Notes: generated from the letters alone by a model not told the origin. A stretch of 64,000 nt of DNA from Phoronis australis (GCA_002633005.1 NMRA01000202.1:167516-231515), one strand, 5' to 3'. Positions 38,067 through 51,224 are shown, numbered from the stretch's first letter. A program made the numbers and translations.

Positions 38067-40424
38067 TCAAAATGAAGAAGTTATTTGCAGTGGGTTTGTC
38101 AAGCAATAACCACGATATCAACTTGAGGTTAATTGTGAAATATACAGAATTGTCAGTAAAGATTGCGATCAGACTAAGCAAATCGATCCACGCGCATTAA
38201 TTTTTACTTCATCGGGTTTTGCAACTACCTGAGGTAACATTTTGTGTTGCAAATTTGAAGCCTATTTATGTTCCACTTTTTTCCTCATGACCCGAGGAGG
38301 AGCCACTGGAATTAGCGGACCTTTGTCGATAAAATCCTTGGTTCGCCTTGATGGCCTACGACAGAAAAACATTGACTCGCAAAAAGGCTCAAATCCAGGT
38401 GAATAACTCGATGCTGCTTTTAAATCTAAAACAACATATTAAGAGTACATCGTCCTTACTAAACAAGTTGTTTACGAACCCCCTGCTTGGTGAGGGAAAA
38501 CATTCACCCGAACTATTAATTATTTTAAACTCATTACTGAATATCACATCGTGACTGAAAATTTCAGTATATATGTCCAACTATGTAAATGTTTTAAAGA
38601 ATCAAATTTTTATATTCTTGGCGTAACCAATTAAAAGTCGCTTTGGAGACAACCAAATGGATGCCACAGTGCACGCAATGTCATCTGAACTAATTAGACT
38701 GTCGCCTAAATTATCCTCTTCATCAATAATTTCTCGTGCAATATTCTCGCACAATTGCGCTTCATTCTTAATTCCGAAAGAGTGTTGGACTACCCAAGCA
38801 TTTCGCAACTACCTAGCTGACCATTGACCCACGAACAGCATTTGTATGCGCTACTGAAATATGAATGCTGACAACAACAACCACTCACTGGTTTCGCCAT
38901 TATATTTAGTATAACGAGACTGGCCATGTACAGCACAAGCCAAAAGTATCCAGACAAAATGACCTGGGCAGAGTTCAGTAGCTGGTACCTGACGACTAGA
39001 AAATCTAGCAAAAACCACGTATTCTCATTCAAAATACACGGCAATAACTCGCGTAATTTCGCGAAGTCCTGGTTCTAGAATTACTGAACTCTCCCCTGGA
39101 GTTGCTCGTAATAGCGGCTGGTCGAAAGACGAATTCATCGTCAGAGTTGTCTCCCCTGATGATCGAGAATGAAGAGGAATTAACAGGAACTTTATTGAGG
39201 TGACTAAGTCATTCTGTAATTAAGAATTTGCCGCCCTAATATTTGTTACCAGTAAAGTTTTGCTGTTAACAGAATTAGCCGTCATGACGGGAAACTGTAT
39301 TTTTTCTGATTACTTTTGTCTTCTACTATAGCCTGGCTATGCCCATTGATAAGACCAAATTTACGTTGAGGTTTTGGTAATGGACCTTGTTTAGAATTTA
39401 GATTAAGATTCGAGGTAAGTTTGGTTAGATTTTTGGTGTTACGACGCCGGCTGGACATTCCCCTTACGATAATAATACAAATCTTCGTGCATATTAGGAA
39501 ATGACATATTTTTGTATTTCTGCTATAAAAATTGACAGTAGAATTGGCATTGAATCATAAAACTCCAAATATAATGTTGATGAAAAAAATTACCAGAATT
39601 CAAACTTTAAAAATTGACCTAATTGACCTTGGGTTTTGCCAATTCTCTGATTAAGAAATCAACGGTTAAAAATTTCCACTCATGTGTAGTTTGCAAACCT
39701 TTCCATTTTATCCCGATACTCATGTGAAGTCGGCCGGTACCACAAGTGTTTGACTTATCGACAAGTAGGTATAATTATTTTATCAANAAATTCGATGCCA
39801 TGGCAAAGGCTATTATTTGGGCTTAGGTTTCGAATAAAAGTGTTTGCGTAAAGATCCGTTTCATGAAGTTTTTAACAAAAATGAAGCGGAAATAGTGCCT
39901 TTAAAATAACATCACCAAATTTCATTTTGATTCATATGTACAAGATGAACTCTCAAAGATGCCGCTACAAATTTCTAAATTTATACGGCTATAATTTTTT
40001 TTCATAAGCGTTATAAAAAGTCTATATTAGATGGCCCCTCATGCAAAACTGGAAAAATGTAAAAACAATTCCTAAAAGCCTGTTGGAGAACAGCGCATAA
40101 AACATAGTATCTAAAAGTTTCACGTGAGTCTGATTAGTCATTTTTGAGATGTAAAGTTCCGAACTTAGTCAAATTAGGACATTTTTAGGGTCTTACATAA
40201 GTGTCTCGTCCGCCAGAGGTTTTGAGCATGTAGACAAAAAAAAACGGACAGCCCACATTTTTCGTTTACGATACTCGTATCCGAACAATTGAATTCAGTA
40301 GTAAACAACGTTTTACCACTTACTCGAAACAGTGCAATCTGAGCGTTTTGACAAGAGTTCCGACACAACTTTTCGAACTAAAAAGCAATGCAGTATTTGT
40401 TGTTTGACGTGAAGCAGGTTCAAT

Positions 40425-40458
40425 CATAGAACTGTAGGAATTTTGCCAAAGTTCTATG
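40425..40458. mobile_element. 34-bp TIR-only relic with perfect 7-bp TSD (possible excision footprint)
   Basis: GTTCAAT|CATAGAACTGTAGGAAT TTTGCCAAAGTTCTATG|GTTCAAT. Confidence 0.8.
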
Positions 40459-41515
40459 GTTCAATTTAGCTCCACTTTCTCTTGACTTCATCAAGAGAAA
40501 TCTTATTTGACAATCGAACCATTGTCTACAAAGTCAGACTGTTGCATACGATTTGATGCATCAAGTCCTGTGCAAAAATCCGAAATTGTGACAAGGTTTA
40601 GAACTGGCCGATCTGACTGAGACGGTTTCGTTGCATAACACAGGCTGTTGTCGCGTAAGTAGGCTCGAACGACACTACAGAAGAAACGGAGCTCCGGCTA
40701 TTAATAAAAATAACAATGTCCAATCATCTTTCGACTAATGCCCGAACCCATAAGGATCACTTTTACAAGCATGCACAAAGGAATAATTAATTAAAATTTT
40801 ACCTTTTAAAAGGAATCTTATATCAAGTTTAATTCCAGAATCATTCTAATAAATATAAAACATGCGTTACGACATTTCGTTCATCACATCTTCTGTTGGG
40901 GATCTCTTGGCAATGGGGAATGATCTTATGAGAGAGAGAGATCCCGATAAACTGGATAACAGCCAGTTGCTATGGCAACTTTCATTTAGCGAGCGCCGAG
41001 ATCATTTGATATGATCACTTGAAAGCAGCGAGTGCATATGGGTAATCACATACGCAAAAATATTCCATATATGGGTTAGATAACAACTGGTATATATTAT
41101 TAATTGTGGCTTGGTTGAACAAAACACGTCGCAAGTGCCTATTCCCAGCCTAAGAGCACGTAAAACCTATGGCTACACCGGTTTGGACTGAAAATCCGGC
41201 TTTGTTTGCACGTTTTTATTGCATTATATATATGTGTTTAACACTAGTTTAATGACTTTTCCCAAACACTAAATAATGTTCAGGAAAGAAAATATTACTT
41301 TGTGTGAATACGCAGCATGAAGACAACATAAGTTGCCCCAAGTCATATTCAGGTTTATAGCGAACTATGTTTTCATATTTTTTGTTGATTTAATAAAAAC
41401 CTTCGATTTGCTTCGTGCACTTGTTTTGTCCAAACAAACATTAGCCATTGGTATATATTACTTTGAAGGTGTGTCAATGAAGATGCTTTCAGGAAAGCCA
41501 AGTAAACTATATTAG

Positions 41516-42300
41516 TCAGAATTGGAATAAAGTTCTCAGTACACAGTCGACGATTTACGTACCTTGTTAACGTCCTCGGCCTTCACTCTGAGACCTTTCT
41601 CAAACTAATGATGACATGAGAGGCTGCGACGTGTGACGTCATCCTGAGTGGGGACATCTGACGGACGTATCGGAACGTTAGTCTGGCTAAATCGTGTCAC
41701 TGGGTTGTATATGTTAGATGCAACATACTCTATTCATGGAGGAGCCTTGTTTTTTAACATAGAAAGCTTCTCGTATCCATCTTGAGCTTCTCTTCATGTC
41801 CCGGGACAAAATTTTGCAACGGTCCCAATCTTAATATCTCAATATCTTTGCAATGTTCGGAAAGACGACATGAAGTCTGAGGAACACCGTCCCTAAACAC
41901 GTAACCAAAAACGGACTTCTCAGTCCGTGTACCACAGCTCGGCAGTCACTGATCATACTATTCAATTTAATCGTGCCATCCATTGGAAAATTTTGTCCCG
42001 GGACACGAACAGAAGCACAAGATGGATACGAGAAGCTTTCCACGTTAAAAAAACAAGGCTCCTCCATGAACAGAGACACTGGACATTACGTTCTATTTAA
42101 CATATACAACCCAGTCATACGCTTTAAGCAAACAAATTTTCACAGATGTCCGTCAGATGTCCCAAAGCAGGATGACGTCACACTTTTCAGCCTCCACGTC
42201 ATCATTAGTTTGAGAAAGGCCTGAGAGTAGCAGGTCGAAAACGTCAACTTGGTTCGTAAATCGTTGACTGTTTACTGGGAACTTTACTCCAGTTATGATA
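41516..42300. mobile_element. Inverted pair of Penelope-like 3' ends (GIY-YIG C-terminus plus hammerhead-like motif on each arm)
   Basis: Right arm (+): SAVTDHTIQFNRAIHW.KILSRDTNRSTRWIREAFHVKK.QGSSMNRDTGHYVL; left arm (-): DWDRCKILSRDMKRSSRWIREAFYVKKQGSSMNR; ~310-bp arms are reverse complements. Confidence 0.9.
42207..42249 (+). ncRNA. Minimal type I hammerhead-ribozyme-like motif (PLE type)
   Basis: AGT-TTGAGAA-A-GGCCTG(agagtag)CAGGTC-GAAA-ACGTC-AACT: U3-A8 variant core, 6-bp stem II, GAAA, palindromic ACGT, short stem I; activity untested. Confidence 0.6.
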
Positions 42301-43156
42301 TATCCAGTCAAATGAACCTGTTTTATCAATATATTAGCCAGGTAAGTGCGATAGTTAATATCCAAGTAGAGAACATGTTCTGTGGTTTTTAGACCGTTCG
42401 GATGATCAATTCGTCAAGGGATATTGAGCAATAAAAGTAAGATAACTGCCAACAAGACAGTTAAGTGTTTTATTACATGATGAATACAGTATCGTTCTTC
42501 GAGAGAAGAATGGAAAGTCTTACTCGCAAAAAAGATAGCAGCAGAATTTTTAACATAGCAGTGTACCAAGAAAACCTGTCATCGGCGATTCTATAGCGCC
42601 TATGCTAATGTTCTCTCGCTATTTCCCACACGTGGAGTTTCTGTATCTTCTCGAAGAAGGTGTTTGTCTTACGTCCCCATATCACAAAAATGAGCCACTT
42701 GGGGAACACATGTTTCTGTTTTGTCTACTACTCTTCCACAGATAGTGGCTCGGGAAGAAACGATGCATCAGCCCGATGTGCGAACGCTGGTGAATTTAAG
42801 GGTATGTTTATTTCAGTGCATCCTTGAAAGAAGTCTTGAAAAGTGTTGAGTTTGGAATTACACAGTAGCAGCCAGGTATGTTCAAAAATGCATCAGCAGG
42901 ACTAAAAATCTTTTAGAAACCCTTTTCCAATGAATCTTAATGTTTTCTGAAAGAAACAAAAAGTAATTTCAGGTGTTTTTATCATTTAATATGGTGCCAA
43001 ACCTTAACTAAGCACCCATTCCTGCCGGTGATCTACTTTTTGTGGAATCAAACATTAAGCATTCCATTTAACTTAAGAAAGTGATCTTTGAAGTTCATGC
43101 AGTTGAGGTTTGAATGCTCTGGTGAAGATAACAAACTGCTGGATGGACTTTTTTAT

Positions 43157-43557
43157 TACCGGGAGTTTCTGTAGATATGCCCATGGGCGTGTATTCGGAA
43201 AAAGAACAATTTCAGGTGTTTCAGCAACAGCAAATAAACGTCCGGGCGTTTACTCGGAAAAGGGGGCGTGTAAACGGAAACTCTTAGCCTTGGCAGATAT
43301 GAAAATATCAACGATTTTTTGCATAAAACTGTGTTTTTAATTTTAAGATAGTAGGTATATAGTTCGCCAACACTTCGCTGAGGCTAAAAGTTGACCCTGA
43401 GTAGGCTTTTAACAGGAAAATTTCCGAATAAACGCCTTGCTATTTGAATACTTGACATGAGAAGCTGTAAAACGTCCATGTTAGATAATTCGGCATAATT
43501 TTCCGACAGTAAACGCACATGGGCGTTTTATCGAATGGGTTTATGAAAATCACGGTA
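43157..43557. mobile_element. Tc1/mariner-like MITE
   Basis: TA-CCG...CGG-TA ends with repeated subterminal GGGCGT.TA.TCGGAAAA in both orientations. Confidence 0.6.
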
Positions 43558-44179
43558 GGATGTTAGAAGCACTATTTTAGTGGATTCGAAGCCGAGCCCC
43601 GAGCTTACAGAAATGAGTATGAACGTAAATGTTGGTGCAAAGCCATACGTAGATTTTAAATATATCCCGTAGGTTGAGTATATGAATGAAATAACTAAAT
43701 AAATAAAAATGTGCTGTTTTTTATCTCAGTAAAAGAACATACACCTTATTAACACAATGAACTTAAAAACTGAATGTGGACCATTTGCTTGGACACCTCA
43801 CAAACAAGATTATTTCCTGGAAGCGGAGACCGGTGCTCGGTCCAAATCGGAAACCCCGACATTTGAAATCCAATTATACGTCCACTGTCTTGTTGGATAT
43901 GGAAAAACCCGAATTTAACCGAAAATTAACAAATATAGTTGAAAATGAGGATGCAAACAGTTTCTCTGAGCAATACCTTTACCACCAAGCACATTGATTT
44001 TGATAACGCACGTATTAATAGACCGCACACTTTCCACATTTAAGCATACATTGAAAGGAAGCACATGTGTTCCTACAATACGTCTTCAATTGTCAAATGT
44101 GCGAAGAATTAGGCTTATTACCTGACTCGTCTACGTCACGGTTACGAAACAACACATACGTGTACCGAGGCATGTAGAT

Positions 44180-44660
44180 ATGAAGCGCCAAAGGATTCTT
44201 AAACGATTGCCTTTCAGTGCGTTGACTTCCTGCTCGTTGAAATGTTCTTACCAAGTTTAACGTGTATTTAACTTGCTTAATGAACGCGTAGTATTATTTA
44301 TTCAACGCGCTAAATTGGTTCTTAGACGATTATAGTTCTCTTCGTTTCCACACGCACTGTTGCTTAATCCACGCGTAGTATAGTATTGTTTATTCAACGC
44401 ACTGAATTTGTAATTCATTATGTCCAATAAAAGACAGGTTTACAGTCAGTAACGACGCAAGGGGGCAGCACTGACAAAACATGGCCGTGGTGGAGCGCAA
44501 TCTTCGAAACTGGCCTTGTACGCAAGTACAAAGTGTTAGTCTTCCGTAATTTTGAGATTAGAGAGCACAGACATGATTGGACTATATAAACTCATTAAAA
44601 GTACTCGTTGAATAAGGAATTCTGTGCGTTGAATAAGTACAGAAAGGTATCCCTTTAAGG
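44180..44660. mobile_element. MITE family F; related ends at 52462-52660, 57671-57695, 57946-57975, 59225-59279
   Basis: Terminus TATGAAGCGC.AAAGG.TTCTTAAACGA.T.CCTTTC.GTGCGTT with ~21-bp CTTA(T/A)TCAACGCGC subrepeats. Confidence 0.7.
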
Positions 44661-44685
44661 TTATCTCAAACCCATAGGCGTGAAC

Positions 44686-44890
44686 ATGACCGCCGGACCT
44701 AAAACATGACCGGCCGCCAGCCGGGTCCTCCAAATCGGTCTCACCACAAAGTAGGACCAACGAGTATGAAATGGGACCGCCGGATCAGAAAACGGGACGG
44801 ACACACCTAAAAGCATAACCGCCCCACCACAAAACAGGACCGCCGGAGACTGAATATGACCGGCGCCGGGAATTAAAACTTGACCGACAA
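44686..44890. repeat. Degenerate ~20-bp minisatellite (GACCGCCGGA-like core)
   Basis: Several irregular recurrences of GACCG(G)C(C)G at ~20-bp spacing. Confidence 0.55.
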
Positions 44891-44999
44891 CTCAATTGTG
44901 ATGACATACATGTATATACAATTGAAAGGTCAACATTTAGAATTAATACATATAACCTAAACCAGCACATTTTTAACTAAATAATAAAAAGTCATGTTT

Positions 45000-45560
45000 T
45001 CCAATTTGACGTTTCAGTCAAGACAAAAACGCGTTCGAGGATAACTGGTTCTCGGGTGAAGAGCCTTGGTGCAAAGTTGTGACAGCATTGCGCCGATGTA
45101 AAAAACTGACCAAATAAAATGTGACACAAAACAAGTGTCATTAAATACTACATTCTTCCATAGTAAACTTAAGTTATTTGGCTTTCTACCGTTATTTTGC
45201 TGCTAAAATTGTGGTGCGGTCTTTCAATTGTGCGTCGGCTTTCGGCACTATGAAATATTGCCTTACCTATTGGCCAGTTTCTTTTTTCCCCAACTCTTCA
45301 ATCAACTGTTCTTCTCTTCCACAAGGTTGTGTACATGTCACAAGAAATTATCGGAACTGGTTTCATGTCGTTACAAGTTTTCAAAATTTTAATACCAACA
45401 AAGCGAATTTCAGAACAAATTTTGCTGCTGCAAAACTGTCATCATCTGAGAGATGTAGCAAAATTTTAGGGAATGGCGTGTGCGCGTGTCACGAGCGTAC
45501 TGTTCTCAAAACGAGGACATACTTCTCTTTGTTACAAAGGGCGGAAAATTATGCAACTAA
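45000..45560 (+). repeat. Dispersed repeat, inverted copy at ~55700-56290
   Basis: AAAAACTGACCAAATAAAAT, CCTATTGGCCAGTTTCTTTT, AATTTTGCTGCTG, GCAAAATTTTAGG match the reverse complement at 55810-56165. Confidence 0.85.
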
Positions 45561-48500
45561 ATGACGTTTGTAAGGCTGTTTTTCACTTAAACGGCTGCAA
45601 CGGGCAACGTAATCGTCGGTTGCCTCGCACATTTTGCACACACCTCCGCAGTTTGTTAGCTCTACATGATGATATAAGTTTCACGACGAAGCGACGAACA
45701 GACATACCTGGGCTGTGTGAAATTACGGGTTCTAACAGAGCTCAACACTTAGTAGCCATCCAGCTAGCTGTATGAGGAGTATCGTCAAAATACAGCTAGG
45801 TACCACTGTGTGTTGAACTCCGAATCATTAGTAAAATTGAAGGAACACGAATTCTCGAACAATAACAACTTTGACGTGTTTGTCGGAAAACTCAGGATTT
45901 TTGTCAGAAGTGTCTAAGTGTGTAACAAATGTCAACCACTAAGAACGTGAAAATACAAAAATCGGCTTATTTTTCCTATTATTTTGTCGGATGATTATTA
46001 AAAATCGGCTTATTTGTTAGACTTGTCGGATGATAAACAGCAAAATCGGATTATTTGATTGACATGTCCAGTAAATAGCACCTTAAAACACTGATGTAGA
46101 TTACATTTACATTTCCTCTATTTTATATAATTTCCGCACCAGTTATTAGTGCACACAAGAGTACGCATGTTACCAGGGGGAAGACTCTGAGGTTAACTTA
46201 TAATTTATCTGAGTTTGACGTTCGAATTGGCGCAGCCTGGGACTTCTACGCTGTCACTTCTACTTCGTACATACACGTATTTTGCCGATTTGTTGTATTT
46301 AATTCCTCCCACAGTTTTACCGTCATGCGTATGAAATTTATTTTCCATTCATAGTCAATGCATATTTGCGCTTCAAATCTTCAGCAGAGACCATCGCTGC
46401 ACTGAGAAGTTAATTCCTAGCAGTAAAGCAATGTAACTATGCTAATGAAATTTGCTTGAATGAAGGATATTCTAACGAAATTCAGCCGACAGCGTGAACA
46501 CGATCAATGCCATTTTCAGGGAAGTGAGTGGCAAACTGTTAAGTGTGCCTACGAGTATTTACGTCACCAGGCGATTAGACGGTCTACGCCAATGGTAAGT
46601 ACATCTGGTTGGTGAATGGCGCATTGTTGCCGAACCATTAGCAGCCAGAGTGAAGGATAGCACGGTACTACTTTTGCATCGCAACTGACGTGTTTTGTTT
46701 AGATTGAGGAGTTTTAACCTGATGGGTGTAATCTGTAGAGCAGCTAGAGCCATTTTGTGAAAGGGTTGTTGACCCGCGTAATGTTTCTAAGCATTTTTAT
46801 AAATATATGTTACACAAGGTACGTGATGATCACAAGGAGTTGTCAAATGAGATTCGTAGAGTGCATGCGTTGAGTATAGGTCATTAATGTGTTGACATTT
46901 AACGTGTTGACGTATTTATCATACTTGCACAACCAACTTCTAAAATGCGCATTTACCGAGTTTACTCCTGATGAATTAGCGGCAACACAGAGTGTTTCAT
47001 AAGGAACTTACCGGGTAGAGGTTTCTCCCACGCACAGATGGCAATTCTTTTTGTCTCGAAAAACTTATAGCGTACAATAACGACAATGAATATTTGAATA
47101 CGGGATGGTCATAGGGCTAACACTATCGAAGCCGGCTTGAAAATAAGACAGCATTAGATTTCATAAGATGCAAATTTTTCTTAATTTTGCCTCTCAAGAA
47201 TTTGTAATTTTTGTTCACCAGGCTGAGTTGCATAGAGCTTCAAACGTTATCCGCTGGATAAGTTTGATTGTTGCATGACGTCAGGTGTATTGTTCAATAA
47301 CAACAACGTGACGCGTGATAATGCGACGTCATTGTTGCGATATGGCGTATAGCTTTTATGCAACTGGGCCCAGTAGCGCCGAGACGACAGTATCTGTGGG
47401 CGTTACGTTCCGTCTGAAATCTTTTACATAAAATAAATCTTCTTCAATGAAATAAACTTTCCAAAAATTTAAAGGCATAATTGCAAAAATATTTTTTTCA
47501 CTTGGTAGTGATACTTCAGCAATTTTCATCATTTTCATCAAATTTCAATAATTCATCCCCCACCAACTTCTTTCCCTTCATCATCCTCGTTTTTCATTCA
47601 TTTTCCTACTGTATGCTCCGCTACCCGAAATTTGATACTTCCCAATGTCCCATCACCCCAACCCCCGCCTAATACGCCTATATAAATAACACGGCTTGGA
47701 AATCGGCAGCATTTTATGAATCACCGTACTATAGTTCTGCAAAGGAATGGTTTACGAGAAAAGGTAACAGAACTTATCAGAAGCAGAAATGGTCGCTTGA
47801 AATTGCTTTTGATTCCTGATGTATGACAAATTTCGTCTGAACTCCGGCCACAATCTGAATTGATCTAAGTTTGATAATACAGGCTAGTGACGGCTTGCGA
47901 AGTACATGTTTTAATTCCTAGTGATATTTCCCGAACTTTAATGGAGAATAATAGCAATTATTTCACATGTGAAATAACCCGTAACACCTAGGAGTATTTT
48001 CATAGCCTCTAATATCCCGACCTCGGGGGTGTTTCATGTCTGCATGTGCGAACTTCAATCCAGCACTCGCTGGTTCCCTACCCCGCTGGTTCCCTACTTG
48101 CCTTGCCAGCACGCAGGATCACGCAGTAGCACGCGCTTTAGCATTGGTTGATGTAACCTCAGCAGTCATTCGTTACCTTTACAACAACGTGAGGAAACAG
48201 CGGGCTATGAAAGATTTTTAGCCTTGTCATGCAAGTGGCGTAGCAGCAACTATTTCGTTTCTGCAATAATGTTTAGTAGCTGCGCGCTTGAATCACATAG
48301 TATACATGTACAATAAACACATATCTGGCCGATTTAACCGGCGTGTTATTCATATTGTACAAATACAGTATCGTAAAACAGTAGAAAGATGCACTCCGAA
48401 AAGGCGCAACCACGATTTCTGGGATTCACATTTCCTGAACATAAATTTTAAGCATCGATTTGTCTGAACAACAGACCACAGTCATGCCAGTTTCTATGCG

Positions 48501-48639
48501 TAAAGCGCTGCCAGTTAAGAATTCGACCAGCTAATCAGAAACGCCGGTGTAAAAAATTTCCCGAGGAAAATTACGTGATACCAGCGTGCTGGCTACCACC
48601 TAGCGGTACGCAGGGAACCAGCGAGCAATCCAGAACTGC

Positions 48640-50336
48640 CATAGAGCTCAGACCCTGGAATGCCAGCTCCTGCACGGGACCAATGTATTCTATTAATAAG
48701 GCGTGCTATCCCGAGACTAGCCGCGAGAGTTTGCACTGTAAATTTCCGACAGTCTGTTCGACAGAGTTTTGATCGAGTATCGCAGTTATTAAATCAAGCC
48801 AAATTTCATTGCTTCATTTTCATTCTGAGTGTGTGTGTTAGTTTGCATAAATTATTACTGTTTTCAATTACTTTAATGATAATTTGTGCAGAATTTTCCT
48901 ATACCCGTGAAATAGAAATCAAAAATGAAAAGTTTACCTGGTAAAATATCCAATCCATTACTTTGTGTTGTTGACAGAGTACATTGTACTTGCCAATAGC
49001 CCCGCTCTTGGCGGACTATCCCACTTTTTTACTTTCCCGCCTTCCTGCCACCCCATCAAAATGTCCCGCTTTTTGATACACGGCGACACTGACATATTAT
49101 CATACACTGCAGCTGCATTTTTCACGCGACACAGCACTATTTTCACGTTCGACTAAAAATAAACGGAACGTTTCAAGGCTTTTTAAGGCATCCGCAATTC
49201 TGAAGCGACCGTAATTGCGTATTTAACTTAAGAGAACGTCGTCAGGAGCTTTTGTATCTGGAAGTCCCGTTTTCAATCCAGTTATCTCGTTTTTCATTCA
49301 CAAATGTTGACAACTAAACAAGAGCGTAGATGGGCTGATGCCTTTTGCGGTACATCAAGCGTGTTTAGTGTTTAGGCCACAAGGCTGGGCCCAATACAGT
49401 AATCACCTGATTATGACTCATGGTGACAAGACATCACCGAATTCCTCACGGGTTTGTTTCAGAAAGACAGAAAGACTATGAACAGCAGTTCATTTGTCTC
49501 TTGTCATGAATATTGTACACTTTCTTTTAGAACCATGCAATCGTAAAAATGTGTTCCAATGTCTCTTGTTTACGGTTACGCACTGTATGTATCAGTATCA
49601 CTAATTTTTACTATTTTTTACAAACTACTATGGAAAATTCTAAACTGTAGCCTATGTGGCGATCTATCCAAAGGATATTTCAAACCTACACAATACGTGT
49701 TCGCTTATTTTTTATCTATCAGAAAGCCTTTATCTGCAAAATTTCGGGTAGGTAGATGGAATAATTACTTTACCACATTTTTGTAAATGTCGACGCATCC
49801 TGAATTTTTACAGAAGAACTGTATTAAACTACACCAAAAGTCCAATTAATATATAAACATGTATAATTTTGGATGAGTGTAAATTTAAGTTCTTCACAGC
49901 AAATGTGAAGGATACATATCCTAAAATCTGAGAGGGTGGAAATCTTTTCAATCATTGAAATTATTTCCATGTTGGTTTAATGAGTCATTAATATAACATC
50001 TCCGATTCATTTCTTTTCTTATGTTACTACTACACCATGTTATTTTACGCATTTTGGTAACAAAATATTTTCAAACCTATCAGGTATGCGAAATGATAAT
50101 TTATGAATTGAATTATGTATCAGTTTCTTCTGCTATAATCATACACCACCAAGAACTGACGATGGACTTTCTAATGATATGACTCTTATGCAATTCGGTT
50201 GAAAATCGGTGGAGTTGCGAAAAGTTTTAGTGACAGTAAATTCCATACGAATAACGACGGACACCAGCAAAAACTAGAGCAAACAAATGTCACGCAAACG
50301 AGATCGAAGTAGGCATTCCAGGGCTAGAGTTCTATG
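48640..50336 (+). mobile_element. Non-autonomous P-superfamily-like DNA element (1.7 kb)
   Basis: TIR CATAGAGCTCAGACCCTGGAATGCC / (rc) CATAGAACTCTAGCCCTGGAATGCC; perfect 7-bp TSD GAACTGC; CA..TG ends with 7-8-bp TSD fit the P superfamily; no transposase seen. Confidence 0.85.
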
Positions 50337-50984
50337 GAACTGCAAAGGTATTTGGCCAACGAAGCATTAAAAATCATGGCTATCCGCCAATCAGGCTATA
50401 AGAAACGTATGCAACGTGATTCTGAATCCGTGGTTTGCCTCCATTCTGCTTTCGTGCGAATCATTATTCAGTGCTGGCGAGTACACTACGGTTTATGCAT
50501 ACGATTTCCTAGTCCTGGTTCGCACTTGATGACACCTGAATTCGACCTACGAAACTGAATAATAACTCAAAATTTCGAATTCAAACTCAAACTTTTACAT
50601 CAATGCTGGTTCCCCAAGTCAAAACGTAAGGATTATGGACACTATTTGAGCATATTAGACACTTGCAATAAGTTCGCATACCCTAAACGAAGAATAGAAA
50701 ATACCCAAAGTTAATTTCAAGCTCGATTTCGAGCAGAAAGTATTAAAGTGTACGCAACATGACTCTAGTACCTCAAAATAAATTTTATTATTATATCTTA
50801 CTTGATTTCAGTGCCTTTAGTGCACAGCTCATAAAGAAACACGTAAAAATTGAAAAAAATAATAATTATGTACAACGTCATGGGTTGAACCCAAGTCGTT
50901 CGGCACACTGTTCGGATCAGCAACTAAGTGTATAGAGTGAAGTGAAAGTAAAGTATATTTAGCGTCGAGAAGGTTAGTAGAGTG

Positions 50985-51190
50985 ATGAAAAGATGTGTTT
51001 GCGGAGGCTGCAGCAACAGCAGTCAGACGGAGAACGTCTCGGTGTTCCGAAGGACGCCAAAGTTGCGCAGTAGTGGCATCGCTTCGTGCGCCGAACGAGA
51101 GTGTGGGACCTCAGCGTGGACCAAGCGATTCTGTCCGGAGCCACTCTGTGTTCTGTCCATTTTGAGGAGTCGTCTTTCGACTCCAATCAG
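50985..51190 (+). pseudogene. Decayed THAP domain
   Basis: MKRCVCGGCSNSSQTENVSV / PKDAKVAQ*WHRFVRRTR...ATLCSVHFEESSF: full C2CH THAP pattern with one frameshift and one stop. Confidence 0.88.
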
Positions 51191-51224
51191 AGGAGATGTT
51201 ACGATGAAGGCCTGGTTCAATAAA

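Noticed and set aside
38348-39044. Chain of short minus-strand ORFs suggesting a decayed gene
   Set aside because: No domain motif recognised in any frame; part overlaps a family A MITE. A BLASTx search would settle it.
39787-39787. Single N base
   Set aside because: Assembly ambiguity, not biological.
32340-50340. Segmental duplication of 32.3-34.9 kb to 48.0-50.3 kb
   Set aside because: Similarity ends at TIRs and each copy has its own TSD, so these are independent transposon insertions.
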